Shown piece after piece: positions 51,831-63,133 of a stretch of DNA of 64,000 bases. This stretch comes from Syntrophales bacterium (GTDB lineage Bacteria > Desulfobacterota > Syntrophia > Syntrophales > UBA2210). Each line of letters begins with the position of its first letter. The stretch's first letter is position 1. Both the position numbers and the translations under genes were made by a program. The notes beneath the pieces are model-generated. The model did not search any database. It was not told where the DNA came from and saw only the letters and a list, made by a program, of their open reading frames with translations. Location of the stretch: the NCBI GenBank assembly GCA_963662405.2, contig CAXXKT010000001.1:736001-800000 (forward strand), read 5' to 3'.

Positions 51831-52211
51831 TTATTTTCTAAGTTTATAGATCCTGTTGTTGGAACGCTTCAGGAGTCTCGGCATAAAGCCCGATCCTAAT
51901 TGAGCGTGATTCTCGGTGATGCCGTTTCCCTGGTTCCCTCCCCCTGGTTCGATCTCGCCCCGGAGTTCCCCGTCTTCGTCTATCAGTAACTTGGGTTTTT
52001 TCTGTGTGGGGGCACCTGTGGCCAGCGCTGCCGTTTTACTGAAACTCAGGAGGGCCTGCTCCATAATGGCGGAATAGCTCCCTCCGGATACCGCCTGCTC
52101 CTGGAGCAAAATATCCTTTGCTTCCCGTGAGAGCATAACGGTAAAGGATTGCTTCCCCGCCGCCCGATTCCGTTCCCGCCACCGCCTCAGTCGCTCTTTC
52201 CCCGTTGCCAT
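51831..52211 (-). CDS. Hypothetical protein with a basic N-terminus, possibly RHH-like DNA-binding
   Basis: KERLRRWRERNRAAGKQSFTVMLSREAK; ORF fills the gap between rarA and the ACT gene. Confidence 0.55.
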   Translation of the reverse strand: MATGKERLRRWRERNRAAGKQSFTVMLSREAKDILLQEQAVSGGSYSAIMEQALLSFSKTAALATGAPTQKKPKLLIDEDGELRGEIEPGGGNQGNGITENHAQLGSGFMPRLLKRSNNRIYKLRK

Positions 52212-52347
52212 CCCCACCCCCCGCAGCTGCATATAACAACGACACATCCCGCCCCTATCATCAAAAGGGCCCGATGTCAATAAGGCTTCCCGAATACCTG
52301 CCAGACCGTGTTGCGGGATGGAGTGCTCGGCAATTCCCTTTCAGCAC

Positions 52348-52779
52348 CTAGAGACGGTAGACCTTTTCCCCCGGAAGAACGGTAAATCCATTTTTCAGAA
52401 GAACATTTATCCCTGCATCGATATCATCAAATCTGAAAATAATGATAGCATTTTCACCGCTCCGCTCTACAAATGCATAGGCATACTCGACATTGACATT
52501 TTCCCCCGCCAGGACCTTCGATATGCTGTGCATCCCGCCCGGGCGATCCGGGATCTCCACGGCCGCGACATGGGTGCGTCTGACTGTGAAGCCTTCGTTC
52601 TGAAGGGCCTTCTCCGCCGTATCTATGTCGTTCAGGATAAGTCGCAGGATACCGAAATCCGAGGTGTCAGCGAGAGAGAGCGCCCTGATGTTGATGCCTG
52701 CCTCCGCCAGGACTCGGGTTACATGTTCGAGCCTGCCAGGTTTGTTCTCCACAAATACCGATATTTGCTCTAGCTTCAT
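52348..52779 (-). CDS. Tandem ACT domain protein
   Basis: QISVFVENKPGRL, DFGILRLI, PDRPGG, NVEYAYAF. Confidence 0.92.
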   Translation of the reverse strand: MKLEQISVFVENKPGRLEHVTRVLAEAGINIRALSLADTSDFGILRLILNDIDTAEKALQNEGFTVRRTHVAAVEIPDRPGGMHSISKVLAGENVNVEYAYAFVERSGENAIIIFRFDDIDAGINVLLKNGFTVLPGEKVYRL

Positions 52780-52800
52780 GATTGACACTCCTTCCTGCCG

Positions 52801-54102
52801 TTAAAGTGCTCTTCTGTCCACGACCCGCCGGGCCTTCCCTTCGGATCGTTCAAGGGTCTTGGACCCGACCAGTTTTACCTTCGCGGTGACACCGAGATAA
52901 TCCTTTATGTCTTTCGTGATACGCCTCTCGATATTCTGGAGGGTCTTGATCTCGTCGGAGAAGAGACCCTCGCTCATCTCGACCTGGATCTCCAGGGTGT
53001 CCAAGGTACCCTCCCGATCAACGATCAGCTGATAGTGAGGATCGAGTCCTTCGATGGAGAGGAGGACACTCTCGATCTGCGAGGGGAAGACATTCACTCC
53101 CCGTATGACAAGCATATCGTCGCTGCGTCCCGACACGCGGGCCATCCGGACATGGGTCCTCCCGCACTTGCACGGTTCCTTCATCAAACGGGACAGATCT
53201 CTCGTCCGATACCTGATGAGGGGAAATGCCTCCTTGGTGAGGGTGGTAAAGACCAACTCTCCCGGTTCTCCGTAAGGAACAGGCTCGCCTGTTTCGGGAT
53301 TGATTGTCTCCACAATGAAATGGTCTTCAAAGACGTGCAGGCCGTTACGCCCTTCGATACATTCCATCGCCACGCCGGGGCCGATGATCTCGGAGAGACC
53401 GTAGATGTCCAGAGCCGTGACCCCCAGTCGTTCTTCGACTTCCCGGCGCATCTTTTCACTCCAAGGTTCAGCCCCGAGGATCCCCACCCGCAGGCGGAGG
53501 GATCGCATATCCACGCCCATCTCTTCGCCTTGCTCAGCGAGGTAGAGGGCATAAGAGGGGGTGCAGCAGATGGCCGTCGGTCCAAAGTCCTGCAGAAGCA
53601 TAATTTGTTTTTTCGTGCTCCCCCCCGACATGGGGATCACGCTTGCCCCGAGCCGCTCCGCCCCGTAATGGACCCCCAGCCCGCCGGTAAAGAGACCGTA
53701 TCCGTATGCGTTGTGTATGATGTCATTGCTGGTCAGTCCCGCCGCCACGAATGATCGCGCGATCAGATTCGACCATGTCTCGATATCTCGGCGGGTGTAT
53801 GCCACGACGGTCGGTTTCCCGGTGGTACCGGACGATGCGTGGAGTCTCACGATATTGCTCATGGGAACCGTAAAAAGCCCGAAGGGGTAGTTGTCCCTGA
53901 GATCCTGTTTGACCGTAAAGGGGAGCCTCCTGATGTCATCTAGGGACTTGATGTCATCGGGGGTCACTCCCGCCTCGTCGAACGTCCGCTTATAGAAACC
54001 GACCGTATGGTACACACGGCTGACAACCTGCTGGAGCCTTTTGAGCTGCAGGGCCTCCAATGCCTCTCGGGGCAGTGTTTCAAATTCTTCATTAAAGATC
54101 AT
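52801..54102 (-). CDS. paaK: Phenylacetate-CoA ligase family protein
   Basis: [48 protein letters not shown]. Confidence 0.92.
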   Translation of the reverse strand: MIFNEEFETLPREALEALQLKRLQQVVSRVYHTVGFYKRTFDEAGVTPDDIKSLDDIRRLPFTVKQDLRDNYPFGLFTVPMSNIVRLHASSGTTGKPTVVAYTRRDIETWSNLIARSFVAAGLTSNDIIHNAYGYGLFTGGLGVHYGAERLGASVIPMSGGSTKKQIMLLQDFGPTAICCTPSYALYLAEQGEEMGVDMRSLRLRVGILGAEPWSEKMRREVEERLGVTALDIYGLSEIIGPGVAMECIEGRNGLHVFEDHFIVETINPETGEPVPYGEPGELVFTTLTKEAFPLIRYRTRDLSRLMKEPCKCGRTHVRMARVSGRSDDMLVIRGVNVFPSQIESVLLSIEGLDPHYQLIVDREGTLDTLEIQVEMSEGLFSDEIKTLQNIERRITKDIKDYLGVTAKVKLVGSKTLERSEGKARRVVDRRAL

Positions 54103-54114
54103 GAATTCTCCTCC

Positions 54115-55914
54115 TCATCGTGTATAAAGTGCCTCGATCACTTCCCGGTATTGATCCAATACGATCCCCCTTTTGACCTTCATCGTCTGCGTGAGGGTAC
54201 CGTTTTCCAGAGAGAAGTGTCCAATCAAATAGAGAAATCTCTTTGGTATTTCGTACTGAGCATATCGTCCCCGGAGGGATTCGGTAATTTCCTGATTGAT
54301 CCGTTCCTGCACCTCCGGCCTTTGAATGAGCTGTTCCGGAGTTTCGTTACGTCCCTGCTCGGTCCCATATCGCTTCACCATCAGGAGATCAGGGGAGATG
54401 AGACAAACCGTATGAGGTTTCCCTTCTCCCAAGATCATCGCATGTTCGACAAATGGGTTGAGGCAGATATCTTCCTCCAATGCTGCCGGGAAGACAAACT
54501 TTCCGTTTTCCAACTTGAACTGATCCTTGATTCGTCCTGTGATGTGCAGAAACCCATCGCCGTCCAGCCTGCCGCGATCACCCGTGCGCAAGCCACCATC
54601 TTCCGTCATGACGGCTCGAGTCTCTTGTGGTTTATTATGGTACCCCTTCATCACGTTGGGGCCGTATATACATATTTCACCGTCGCCAAGCGACGGATCA
54701 CCACGCGAAGGATCGATAACAACTTGTACGTGTTCAAGCGGTTTACCGACCGTCCCCAGCTTGTAGTCGACGGATGAGTTAACGGAGACGGCAGGAGATG
54801 CCTCCGTCATACCGTAACAGTCGTACAGGGGGATCCCAATGTCAAAGAAGAATTGAGAGATCTCCGGGTTCATCGTGGCACTCGCGGTCATTGCACCCAT
54901 GAGACGCCCCCCCAGTTTGTTGCGTATTGTTCGAAAAACGGTCAGATCCGCGATTCGAAATTTAAGGTTTGTCATGTACTCCGTTTTCCTCTTGCGAGCC
55001 AGCTCACGCCGCCGCTGCGCACTCTTCACCCCCATGGTAAACAGGAGTTTGGCAATGCCACCTTTCTCTTTCACCTTTGCCCAGAGTCCGTCATAGATCC
55101 GGTTGAATACGCGGGGAACCGCCAAGAGCCACGTCGGTTTTACCTGTACCATATCATCAGGGAGGGTCTTCACGCTTTCCATCAGGCCGATTGCACCGCC
55201 GAGATGTATGACGGTGTAGAGTTCTCCCGTTTGGCCGTATGAATGCGCCCATGGGAGAATAGCGAGGGTGATAACGTGGTTCTTCTGCAGCTCGGGATAC
55301 ATCTTTCGCCCTGCGTGGGAATTGCTCGTGATATTACCGTGCGAGAGCAGAACCCCCTTGGGATCTCCCGTCGTTCCGGAGGTATATATCAAAACCGCTA
55401 TATCATCAGGATCCGGTTTGATTGAGGGCACGGGTTTTTCTTCTCCCCTGCGTTCCAAGCCGACCATACTGTTTGAACCGTCCCCCTCTACCAAGATAAC
55501 TTCCTTCAAGGTGGGGGTGGTATCCGCCAGAGCCCTGACCTGTTCGTAGATCGCCGGTGTTGAGACAAAGAGCACCTTGACGGCACTGTCCCGAATGATA
55601 TGGCGCCATACTTTCAGCAATTCCGCCTCGTACATGGGCACCCAGCGAGCCCCGAGGCCAAAGGAGGCAAAGGCACCGATAGCCCACTCCTCTCGGTTGT
55701 TCGCGATAATACCGACTGCGTCACCTTTGCTCACGCCGAGACCGGCAAGTCCCGCCCGCAGGTTGTCCACGCGCCTGCCGACCTGCGCGTAGGTGACCCA
55801 TTCGTATACCCCCTGAGCGTTTTTTGTTCCGAACAGCGATCGATTCGGATACCGTACTACCGATCTTTCCAAAAATTCAAGCAGGTTGTCCGGTTCATAC
55901 AACGGGACCGCCAT
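54115..55914 (-). CDS. Long-chain fatty acid-CoA ligase (AMP-dependent)
   Basis: YTSGTTGDPKG, YGMTE, RTGD, TLTQTMKVKR. Confidence 0.92.
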   Translation of the reverse strand: MAVPLYEPDNLLEFLERSVVRYPNRSLFGTKNAQGVYEWVTYAQVGRRVDNLRAGLAGLGVSKGDAVGIIANNREEWAIGAFASFGLGARWVPMYEAELLKVWRHIIRDSAVKVLFVSTPAIYEQVRALADTTPTLKEVILVEGDGSNSMVGLERRGEEKPVPSIKPDPDDIAVLIYTSGTTGDPKGVLLSHGNITSNSHAGRKMYPELQKNHVITLAILPWAHSYGQTGELYTVIHLGGAIGLMESVKTLPDDMVQVKPTWLLAVPRVFNRIYDGLWAKVKEKGGIAKLLFTMGVKSAQRRRELARKRKTEYMTNLKFRIADLTVFRTIRNKLGGRLMGAMTASATMNPEISQFFFDIGIPLYDCYGMTEASPAVSVNSSVDYKLGTVGKPLEHVQVVIDPSRGDPSLGDGEICIYGPNVMKGYHNKPQETRAVMTEDGGLRTGDRGRLDGDGFLHITGRIKDQFKLENGKFVFPAALEEDICLNPFVEHAMILGEGKPHTVCLISPDLLMVKRYGTEQGRNETPEQLIQRPEVQERINQEITESLRGRYAQYEIPKRFLYLIGHFSLENGTLTQTMKVKRGIVLDQYREVIEALYTR

Positions 55915-56073
55915 AATGGTTCTTCTCCAATCCACCATTGCACTTTGGGCTGCATCTGGAGCCGAAGCGCTGCTGATCATTTTATACTGTATTTCTCTTG
56001 TCCTGTCATCAGAAATACAAGGTGATACCGGATCCCCTCGATTGCACATCAGAGATCAACGCCTTTGGTCGCC

Positions 56074-56751
56074 TTAGAGACGGGTGTGCCGGGTCCAGCT
56101 CGTGCTGTCCCATGTAGCATCAACCAGAGATGGCGACGGTTCATCGATAGAGGGCGATAGGCCACACTTCAGGGCAAAGTAGCGATGGAAGGCGAGGGAC
56201 GGAGTCAACTCCGGGTGAAAAATCGTCACCAAGACAGCAGCGTTTTCCGCTGCCGCTATATATCCGTCTTGCTCCATCAAAACATCGACATCCTTGCCGA
56301 CGCGGGTAATCTTCGGGGCACGGATGAAGGTGAGGGGAATCGATTCCGGTGCGACACGAGGGATCAGCGCCTCGGCAACAAAGCTGTCCAACTGGCTGCC
56401 AAAGGCGTTCCTGCGGATCTCGATATCGATGAGGGAAAGGAATGTTTCTTCACCGACAACCTTGTCGGCAAGGAGAATCGCCCCCGCGCAGGTCCCCCAT
56501 AGCTTCATACCGCACCGAAAGTTTTGAAGTATCAAAGTCTTGAGGCCAAAGATATCCAAGAGCCGCGCGAGACAGGTGCTCTCGCCCCCGGGAATGATCA
56601 ATCCTGCGAGGTGTGCAAGATCCGAGGATTCCTTTACCCGAATGGTGGCAATGCCAAGGCGTTCCAAGTGGTCGAGATGCTCGACAACATCCCCCTGGAG
56701 ATCGAGCACACCGATCGTATCTCGCCCCGCCAGTGCCACGCCATCTACCAT
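56074..56751 (-). CDS. pdxT: Pyridoxal 5'-phosphate synthase glutaminase subunit
   Basis: LQGD, PGGEST, GTCAG, RNAFGSQ, FHPEL. Confidence 0.94.
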   Translation of the reverse strand: MVDGVALAGRDTIGVLDLQGDVVEHLDHLERLGIATIRVKESSDLAHLAGLIIPGGESTCLARLLDIFGLKTLILQNFRCGMKLWGTCAGAILLADKVVGEETFLSLIDIEIRRNAFGSQLDSFVAEALIPRVAPESIPLTFIRAPKITRVGKDVDVLMEQDGYIAAAENAAVLVTIFHPELTPSLAFHRYFALKCGLSPSIDEPSPSLVDATWDSTSWTRHTRL

Positions 56752-57626
56752 CCACGTGTTGCCAAGATTTGAGTCTCAGGGATATCGGAAATCTCGATTC
56801 CCGGCATGGCACCCCCTAATTCCATCGACGCTTCCAAGACCTTTGCCGGGTCACTGTAGTATGCTGTTGCCTTGACGATTGCCGCAGCGCGTTTCACCGG
56901 GTTCTCCGATTTGAATATCCCTGATCCGACAAATATCCCGTCGCAGCCGAGTTGCATCATCAGGGCCGCATCCGCCGGGGTCGCAATACCCCCGGCCGCG
57001 AAATTGACGACGGGGAGCCGCCCTAACTCCCGCACCTGCAATGCCAGTTCATACGGAAACCCGTTGGCCTTTGCAAAACCGGTCACTTCCTCGACCGGCA
57101 TATGGATGAGTTGTCTGATTTCTCTGTTCACTGTCCGGATATGGCGGACCGCTTCAACGACGTTGCCGGTCCCCGCTTCGCCTTTCGTCCGAATCATGGC
57201 GGCCCCTTCGGCTATACGCCGCAGGCCCTCTCCCAGGTTGCGCGCCCCGCATACAAAGGGAATCGCAAATCGGGTCTTGTCTATGTGACACTCCTCATCT
57301 GCGGGGGTCAAGACCTCGCTCTCGTCGATATAATCAATCTTCAGTGTTTCAAGAATTTGCGCTTCCACAAAATGACCGATACGTGCCTTGGCCATGACGG
57401 GTATCGAAACCGCCTCCTTGATCCGCGCAATGAGTGCGGGGTCCGACATGCGGGCGACACCGCCCTCCTTGCGAATGTCCGCGGGGACACGCTCGAGAGC
57501 CATAACCGCAACGGCCCCGGCCTCTTCGGCAATCCGTGCGTGATCGACGCTGACAACATCCATGATAACGCCCCCCTTCAGCATCTGGGCCAACTGGACA
57601 TTCAATTCATATCTTGTTTTATCCAC
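56745..57626 (-). CDS. pdxS: Pyridoxal 5'-phosphate synthase lyase subunit
   Basis: [41 protein letters not shown] before GTG 57626. Confidence 0.96.
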   Translation of the reverse strand: MDKTRYELNVQLAQMLKGGVIMDVVSVDHARIAEEAGAVAVMALERVPADIRKEGGVARMSDPALIARIKEAVSIPVMAKARIGHFVEAQILETLKIDYIDESEVLTPADEECHIDKTRFAIPFVCGARNLGEGLRRIAEGAAMIRTKGEAGTGNVVEAVRHIRTVNREIRQLIHMPVEEVTGFAKANGFPYELALQVRELGRLPVVNFAAGGIATPADAALMMQLGCDGIFVGSGIFKSENPVKRAAAIVKATAYYSDPAKVLEASMELGGAMPGIEISDIPETQILATRGW

Positions 57627-57890
57627 TTCTGTATACCTCCTGCGATTCTCCGCCACAGAAACAATGATACTCGTGCGAAGCTACTTTTATGTATGTTAGT
57701 GAAAACCTCTCCGAGCGTCAAGAATAATGTTGCTCTTCCCAACACATCTCCGGTTTTCCGCCCCCGTGAGCGAAGAGCGGCAGAGCTTGAACCGGCAGGG
57801 CATCGCATGTAAAGGGACGTTTCGGGAAGGGGGCGTCACAATGCCCTGTTCTTTGCCACCTCGGCATACCACCCACCGGTGTGTACCATC

Positions 57891-57926
57891 AAAAAGGCAG
57901 GCCCCTGTCGTGCACGGGGCCTGCCT
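57891..57926 (-). terminator. Intrinsic terminator of the CoA-transferase/SBP operon
   Basis: Minus strand GGCAGGCCCC-N10-GGGGCCTGCC-TTTTT. Confidence 0.8.
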
Positions 57927-57954
57927 CGATAGTTACCTGTTATGCGCGAGACCG

Positions 57955-59319
57955 CTATTTATTCCGTTTTCTCAACTCAGCCGGGAAAACAAGATTTTCC
58001 GGTTTACCCATGCCGACCTTCTCTCCCAGGGCTTCGTTTTCCTTGCAGGAACCGCCGAGATAGACGACCTTACCGTCGTTCTGGAACTGACCTATCGGCT
58101 GGATGAACACACCGGGGTAGGTCTCATAGGGGCTGTTCGGTTTGACCCTGACCTTTGAGTGGAAGTAAGGCTTCTTCTTTGTGGTCTCATAGGCCATCTT
58201 CCCGAGGGAATAGGTGGTCTCCGTCGTCTCCATCGCCTTGATCAGCTTGTCGATGTCATCGACGCCACCCGCGGTCTCGATCACCTTCTTGATGAAATAG
58301 ATATCCGCGTAGGCAAGATGAACGTGCTGCTGGGCCGGGATGTTGTGTGCCCGCATCTTTTTGACGAGGGGGAGGTTCTTCTCCGTCAGGGGAAGCTCCG
58401 CCTCCGCAAAACTGCTGAAGAGGCTGAGGCATTTTCCACCCGTCAGCTTCCAGAAATCATACGTCTGCGATACCCCGCCATAGAGAGATGTGGGGATATC
58501 ACGCGCGGCTGAATCGGACCACTGTTTGGCGAAGGTCTCCACATCGGTGAACCAGGAGGTGACGTACAGAACGAAATCGACCCGCTTCATGGCGATCTGC
58601 TGAAGGATCGGCAGATACATCGTCCCCCGCGGTTTGACGTTTTTGCTGTAGGCGATTTTATATCCACCGTCCTCGATCATATCTTCCCAGGCGGGCATGT
58701 TCAGGGAGGGGATTCCCTCGCGGAACGATTTGGTCCACTCGAGGTCTTCCCACAGCATGGCGACCGTTTTCATCTTCGGCATCATCCTCTTGTACTGAGA
58801 AGCGAAGAAGTATTTCATCATGGCGTACTGGGCGGGCTCCGGATCCCAGTCACGGAAACAGAACTTGTACTTTTCATAATTATCCAGGACCCGGTCGGTC
58901 AACTCCATCCCCATGGGGCCGTTGAAGACCATGATGTGCGGATAGTCCGAGAACATGGACGCCCCGTTCTCCTGAGCGGCGAGGCAGATCTCCGTCCGTC
59001 CCTCGACGAAGATGAACTTCGCCTTCTCTTCCATCAACAGACGGCGCGTTCCCTCGACCGTCAGTGAAGTTGCACCCTTATTGTCGGCGATGACGTATTT
59101 CAGGGGACGTCCGAGGACGCCGCCGGCATCGTTGATCTCCTGGATCGCCAGCTTCTGAATGGCCATGCAGGGTCTTGTCCCCGGTGAGAGCACCATCCCC
59201 GCATACCCGATGACGATCGGCTCTCCCGTGGGAGCGGCACTCGCCCCCGTAGACGCAAAGCAGAACGTCAAAGCCAGTAACGCAACAACACACAACCGCA
59301 ATCTGAATCTTCTTGCCAT
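57955..59319 (-). CDS. Periplasmic substrate-binding protein (LivK/HAAT-like), paralog 1
   Basis: Signal peptide, EPIVIG, AIQEINDAGGVLGRPL...D. Confidence 0.85.
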   Translation of the reverse strand: MARRFRLRLCVVALLALTFCFASTGASAAPTGEPIVIGYAGMVLSPGTRPCMAIQKLAIQEINDAGGVLGRPLKYVIADNKGATSLTVEGTRRLLMEEKAKFIFVEGRTEICLAAQENGASMFSDYPHIMVFNGPMGMELTDRVLDNYEKYKFCFRDWDPEPAQYAMMKYFFASQYKRMMPKMKTVAMLWEDLEWTKSFREGIPSLNMPAWEDMIEDGGYKIAYSKNVKPRGTMYLPILQQIAMKRVDFVLYVTSWFTDVETFAKQWSDSAARDIPTSLYGGVSQTYDFWKLTGGKCLSLFSSFAEAELPLTEKNLPLVKKMRAHNIPAQQHVHLAYADIYFIKKVIETAGGVDDIDKLIKAMETTETTYSLGKMAYETTKKKPYFHSKVRVKPNSPYETYPGVFIQPIGQFQNDGKVVYLGGSCKENEALGEKVGMGKPENLVFPAELRKRNK

Positions 59320-59407
59320 GACTTTTCTCTCCTTTTGTGATGTAGTTTGTACTCCTGTGCAAACAATCTTTTATTTTCCCCTCATGACATATTGTAACAT
59401 AAAAGGA

Positions 59408-59440
59408 AGATGGGATATCCGTTTTCGAGATATCCCATCT
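59408..59440. repeat. Perfect 12-bp inverted repeat between the SBP paralogs
   Basis: AGATGGGATATC-N9-GATATCCCATCT. Confidence 0.8.
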
Positions 59441-59566
59441 CCTCGTTTATCATACCGGTCTCATAAACAGGCGGCAACATCGGCCCGACAAAGCGCCTTT
59501 ATATGTAATTTGCTGTCTATGCCGATACCAGACCATCAAGGCACCCTTTCTTGTCTTGACTCCTGC

Positions 59567-60934
59567 TTACTTCGCCATCTTTCTCAACTCGCCCGGAATG
59601 ACATGGTCTTCCGGTTTTCCCATCCCGATTTTTTTGCCAAGCTCTTCGTTCTCCTTGCAAGATCCTCCCACATAAGCGATCTTCCCATCGTTTTGCCACT
59701 GAACGAGCGGCTGGATAAACACACCGGGGTAGGTCTCATAGGGGCTGTTCGGGTTGACCCTGATCTTTGAGTGGAAGTATGGCTTCTTCTTTGTGGTCTC
59801 ATAGGCCATCTTCCCGAGGGAATAGGTGGTCTCCGTCGTCTCCATCGCCTTGATCAGCTTGTCGATATCATCGACGCCACCCGCGGTCTCGATCGCTTTC
59901 TTGATGAAATAGATATCCGCATAGGCGAGGTGGACGTGCTGCTGGGTCGGGATGTTGTGAGCCTGCATCTTCTTGACCATGGGGATGTTCTGTTCGGTCA
60001 GAGGAATCATGCACTCGCTGTAACTACCAAAAATACCCATGCATTTACCGCCTGTCAGCTTCCAGAAATCTTTGGTCTGCGAGATGCCGCCGTAGACGCT
60101 GCATGAGAGATTACGGGAAGCTGAATCGGCCCACTGCTTGGCGAAAGACTCGGTGTCGGTGAACCAGGAGCTGACGTACACGATAAGATCGGTCTTCTTC
60201 ATGGCAATCTGTTGTAAGAGGGGCAGGTACATGGTTCCCCGCGGTTTGACGTTTTTGCTGTAGACGACGTCATACCCAAACTCCTTCTCCATCATCTCTT
60301 CCCAAGGGGCGAGCCCGAGGGAGGCGATCCCTTCGCGATACGACTTGGTCCACTCGAGATCTTCCCAGAGCATGGCTATTTTTTTGATCCCCGGAACCAT
60401 CTTATGATATGAGGACCCCCAGAAGTATCTCATCTGGGCGTACTGTGACGGCTCCGGATCCCAGTCGCGGAAGCAGAACTTGTATTTTTCGTACTCGTCC
60501 AGGACCCGGTCGGTCAACTCCATCCCCATGGGTCCGTTGAAAATCATGATGTGCGGGTAGTCCTTGAACATGGCCGCCCCGTTCTCCTGAGCGGCGAGAC
60601 AGATCTCCGTTCGTCCCTCGACAAAGATGAACTTCGCTTTATTCTCCATCAGCAGACGCCGTGTCCCCTCGACCGTCAGTGAGGTTGCGCCCTTATTGTC
60701 GGCGATGACGTATTCTAGGGGACGTCCGAGGACGCCACCGGCATCGTTGATCTCTTGGACCGCCAGTTTCTGGATGGCCATACAGGGCCTTGTTCCCGGT
60801 GAGAGTACCATCCCCGCATACCCGATGACAATCGGCTCTCCCGCGGGAGCGGCACTCATTCCCGTAGACGCAAAGCAGAACGTCAGGGCCAGTGCTGCAA
60901 TAATCAAAATACTAAATCTGCATCTTTTTACCAT
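59567..60934 (-). CDS. Periplasmic substrate-binding protein (LivK/HAAT-like), paralog 2
   Basis: Same architecture as paralog 1, with long identical blocks. Confidence 0.85.
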   Translation of the reverse strand: MVKRCRFSILIIAALALTFCFASTGMSAAPAGEPIVIGYAGMVLSPGTRPCMAIQKLAVQEINDAGGVLGRPLEYVIADNKGATSLTVEGTRRLLMENKAKFIFVEGRTEICLAAQENGAAMFKDYPHIMIFNGPMGMELTDRVLDEYEKYKFCFRDWDPEPSQYAQMRYFWGSSYHKMVPGIKKIAMLWEDLEWTKSYREGIASLGLAPWEEMMEKEFGYDVVYSKNVKPRGTMYLPLLQQIAMKKTDLIVYVSSWFTDTESFAKQWADSASRNLSCSVYGGISQTKDFWKLTGGKCMGIFGSYSECMIPLTEQNIPMVKKMQAHNIPTQQHVHLAYADIYFIKKAIETAGGVDDIDKLIKAMETTETTYSLGKMAYETTKKKPYFHSKIRVNPNSPYETYPGVFIQPLVQWQNDGKIAYVGGSCKENEELGKKIGMGKPEDHVIPGELRKMAK

Positions 60935-61010
60935 TTCCTTCTCTCCTTTCAAACTGCATTATCCTCTCTCTTTATACGCCCCGACCCCTTCGTGGTGGGA
61001 CGTATTTCTC

Positions 61011-61796
61011 CTACAACGACATGGAGGTAAATACCCCCACGGGATCCACCTGTGTACGCAAGATATGGAGCACGTCTGGTGAGATCATCGGGGTTTCGGG
61101 AATCTCCCCCACCGGTCTGAGTAGCTCAAATCCTGCCGATTGTTGGGCTATATCGAAGGGAATCCCGGGTGTGAGCGACTTCACACGCATCCGCTTCGTC
61201 ACGGGTTCAAAGTCATAAATCCCCCACTGGCTGATAACTGCCAGGGGGCCATTGCCGATCAGACCCGCCTCTTCGCGTGAATTACCTCCTTCGAGATACC
61301 CTACTGATGTTATGAAATCGACTCGTTCGGGGAATCGTTCCGGTGTCTGGAGTCCGACAAGAATCATGTTCTCCGTGAGCGAAGACAGGTCGTTATTCCC
61401 CCCCGACCCCGTGAGTCGTGTCTTCGGATGGGTTAGATCTTTCCCGATCTGGTGTGTATTCACATTCCCATACATGTCGACCTGGGCAAACCCGAGAAAC
61501 GCAATATCGACATACCCATTGGCGGCCTGGCCGAAAGAGTAGGCCATCTCTTGCACGACGGCGGCCTTTCGCCAGGTGAAGGGATCTCCTACCGACCACG
61601 GCATAGCACCCTCGATGGGATCTTGACCTCCGGATTCGTACACCATGGTAATATGCGGGGCGTGGGTCTTTCGAGCCAGTATGGCCGCCACCATCGGGAG
61701 ACCCGTTCCCACATATACAACCGTGGAATCCTGTATCTGTAAAGATATGAAATATGCCAGCATCTCAAGTGGATTGGCTGGTGCCGTTGTGTCCAT
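61011..61796 (-). CDS. Family I CoA-transferase beta subunit (glutaconate CoA-transferase-like)
   Basis: YVGTGLP, VYESG catalytic Glu, QVDMYGNVN, GSGGNND. Confidence 0.88.
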   Translation of the reverse strand: MDTTAPANPLEMLAYFISLQIQDSTVVYVGTGLPMVAAILARKTHAPHITMVYESGGQDPIEGAMPWSVGDPFTWRKAAVVQEMAYSFGQAANGYVDIAFLGFAQVDMYGNVNTHQIGKDLTHPKTRLTGSGGNNDLSSLTENMILVGLQTPERFPERVDFITSVGYLEGGNSREEAGLIGNGPLAVISQWGIYDFEPVTKRMRVKSLTPGIPFDIAQQSAGFELLRPVGEIPETPMISPDVLHILRTQVDPVGVFTSMSL

Positions 61797-61824
61797 ATCC
61801 GTTTCCTCGTATACGGGAAATCCG

Positions 61825-62937
61825 TCAGTAGTAGCGCCCCGTATCATTATCGGGTGTGTACTCCTGGTAGCTGAAATCAATATCCTCGTTCTCACCCTCG
61901 GCGGCCTTTGTCTGGCGGCGTGCCTCGGCGATCCACTTCGCCCCGCCAAGCTTTTCGACGAATGCAAACTGATCCTCGATGTTCATAATCCATTCATCGT
62001 AAAATTCCCGGAACCGCTCTTCGGTCGTACTGCCGTAACGGAGGAGTTTTTCCCACCATTGCCGCGCCCAGTAATAGCACCCCGGCATGTTTCCCGGCAC
62101 GGCCCCGAACGGGAGTTCGACCACGGCATCTGCGTAGATGAAGGGGATGACGACACCCCCCTTATTGTACCGCAGGGTGATCTCCGGAACGATTTCCTCC
62201 GCCGTGATGATCACTTTCCGGGAGACCGCTGCTACGGCGGCGTCATTGACCACCGGTCCGTAGATATAGGCGTTTCCGTATTTATCAGCGGCGTGGACGT
62301 GGATGAATACCACGTCAGGATAAAGGGCGGGGATGAACAACACCGGATCAGGATCATCTCTCATCGGGTTTTGCATCACCTTGGTGTAGGGATTGTACTT
62401 CACGATATCCGAGCCGAGCATCTGCTTGCTGTAAAGACCGGGAGCACCGAGCTGGGCCGCCTTGAGGCCCTGCGCGACACCGCCGTGGCTCCACTCCGAA
62501 AGGATTGTTACCTTTCCTTCTTGCAACTGGCGCGAGTAGTTCCGGTCCGTTCCGCGCATCTCCGCCCCTATATAGGAGTTGTGGGAGAATGTGACCGAAC
62601 CGAAGTTGATCATATAGCTCTGGTTGGTGTTGGGAGCCCCGAGTGCCTGCAGCCCCCTTTTCCCCTGCCTCATGATCTCGAAATAGGCCTGATGGCAGGT
62701 CCGGACATAAGCAAATCCCGAATCGTACAGGATGTCGCCATCACTCACGAACTCAGCTACTGCTTCTCTGAGAGATGTTCGCTTGTCGATCTTGTTCCGT
62801 GACTTTTTGAGGTGGGCCATTCGTGCCGACTCACCATCAATCAAACGATCCAAAAGTGCCGCATCGTCGATATGGAGATTTTTCAATGCCTCCTGGTTGT
62901 AGCTAAACACGCCCACTTCTTGCCCCCCTCGCATCAC
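61825..62937 (-). CDS. Family I CoA-transferase alpha subunit (glutaconate CoA-transferase-like); start uncertain
   Basis: SLREAVAEFVSDGD, MLGSD, PDVVFIHVHAADKYGN, VIITAEEIV. Confidence 0.88.
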   Translation of the reverse strand: MMRGGQEVGVFSYNQEALKNLHIDDAALLDRLIDGESARMAHLKKSRNKIDKRTSLREAVAEFVSDGDILYDSGFAYVRTCHQAYFEIMRQGKRGLQALGAPNTNQSYMINFGSVTFSHNSYIGAEMRGTDRNYSRQLQEGKVTILSEWSHGGVAQGLKAAQLGAPGLYSKQMLGSDIVKYNPYTKVMQNPMRDDPDPVLFIPALYPDVVFIHVHAADKYGNAYIYGPVVNDAAVAAVSRKVIITAEEIVPEITLRYNKGGVVIPFIYADAVVELPFGAVPGNMPGCYYWARQWWEKLLRYGSTTEERFREFYDEWIMNIEDQFAFVEKLGGAKWIAEARRQTKAAEGENEDIDFSYQEYTPDNDTGRYY

Positions 62938-63117
62938 GCACGGATCAGCGGATATGCCGTAGAGTAGAGTATGGTAAGCCTACGGAGCCGAAACTTTGTT
63001 GTTATGAAAAATTCGTTTTGAGCCTTTGGATGATACGTTCCCTTCTTCTCTCTTGAGGCGTTTGCCGCAAACTGTCACCACGTGCGGGTTTGGCTTAAGA
63101 CCCAACCGTTTACTCAA

Positions 63118-63133
63118 TGCAACAAAGGTGCCA
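63118..63133 (-). promoter_or_regulatory. Sigma-54 promoter of the CoA-transferase/SBP operon
   Basis: Minus strand TGGCAC-CTTTG-TTGCA, an exact consensus match. Confidence 0.82.

Noticed and set aside
52348..54102. paaK-ACT gene pair as a novel system
   Set aside because: This pairing is common in anaerobes.
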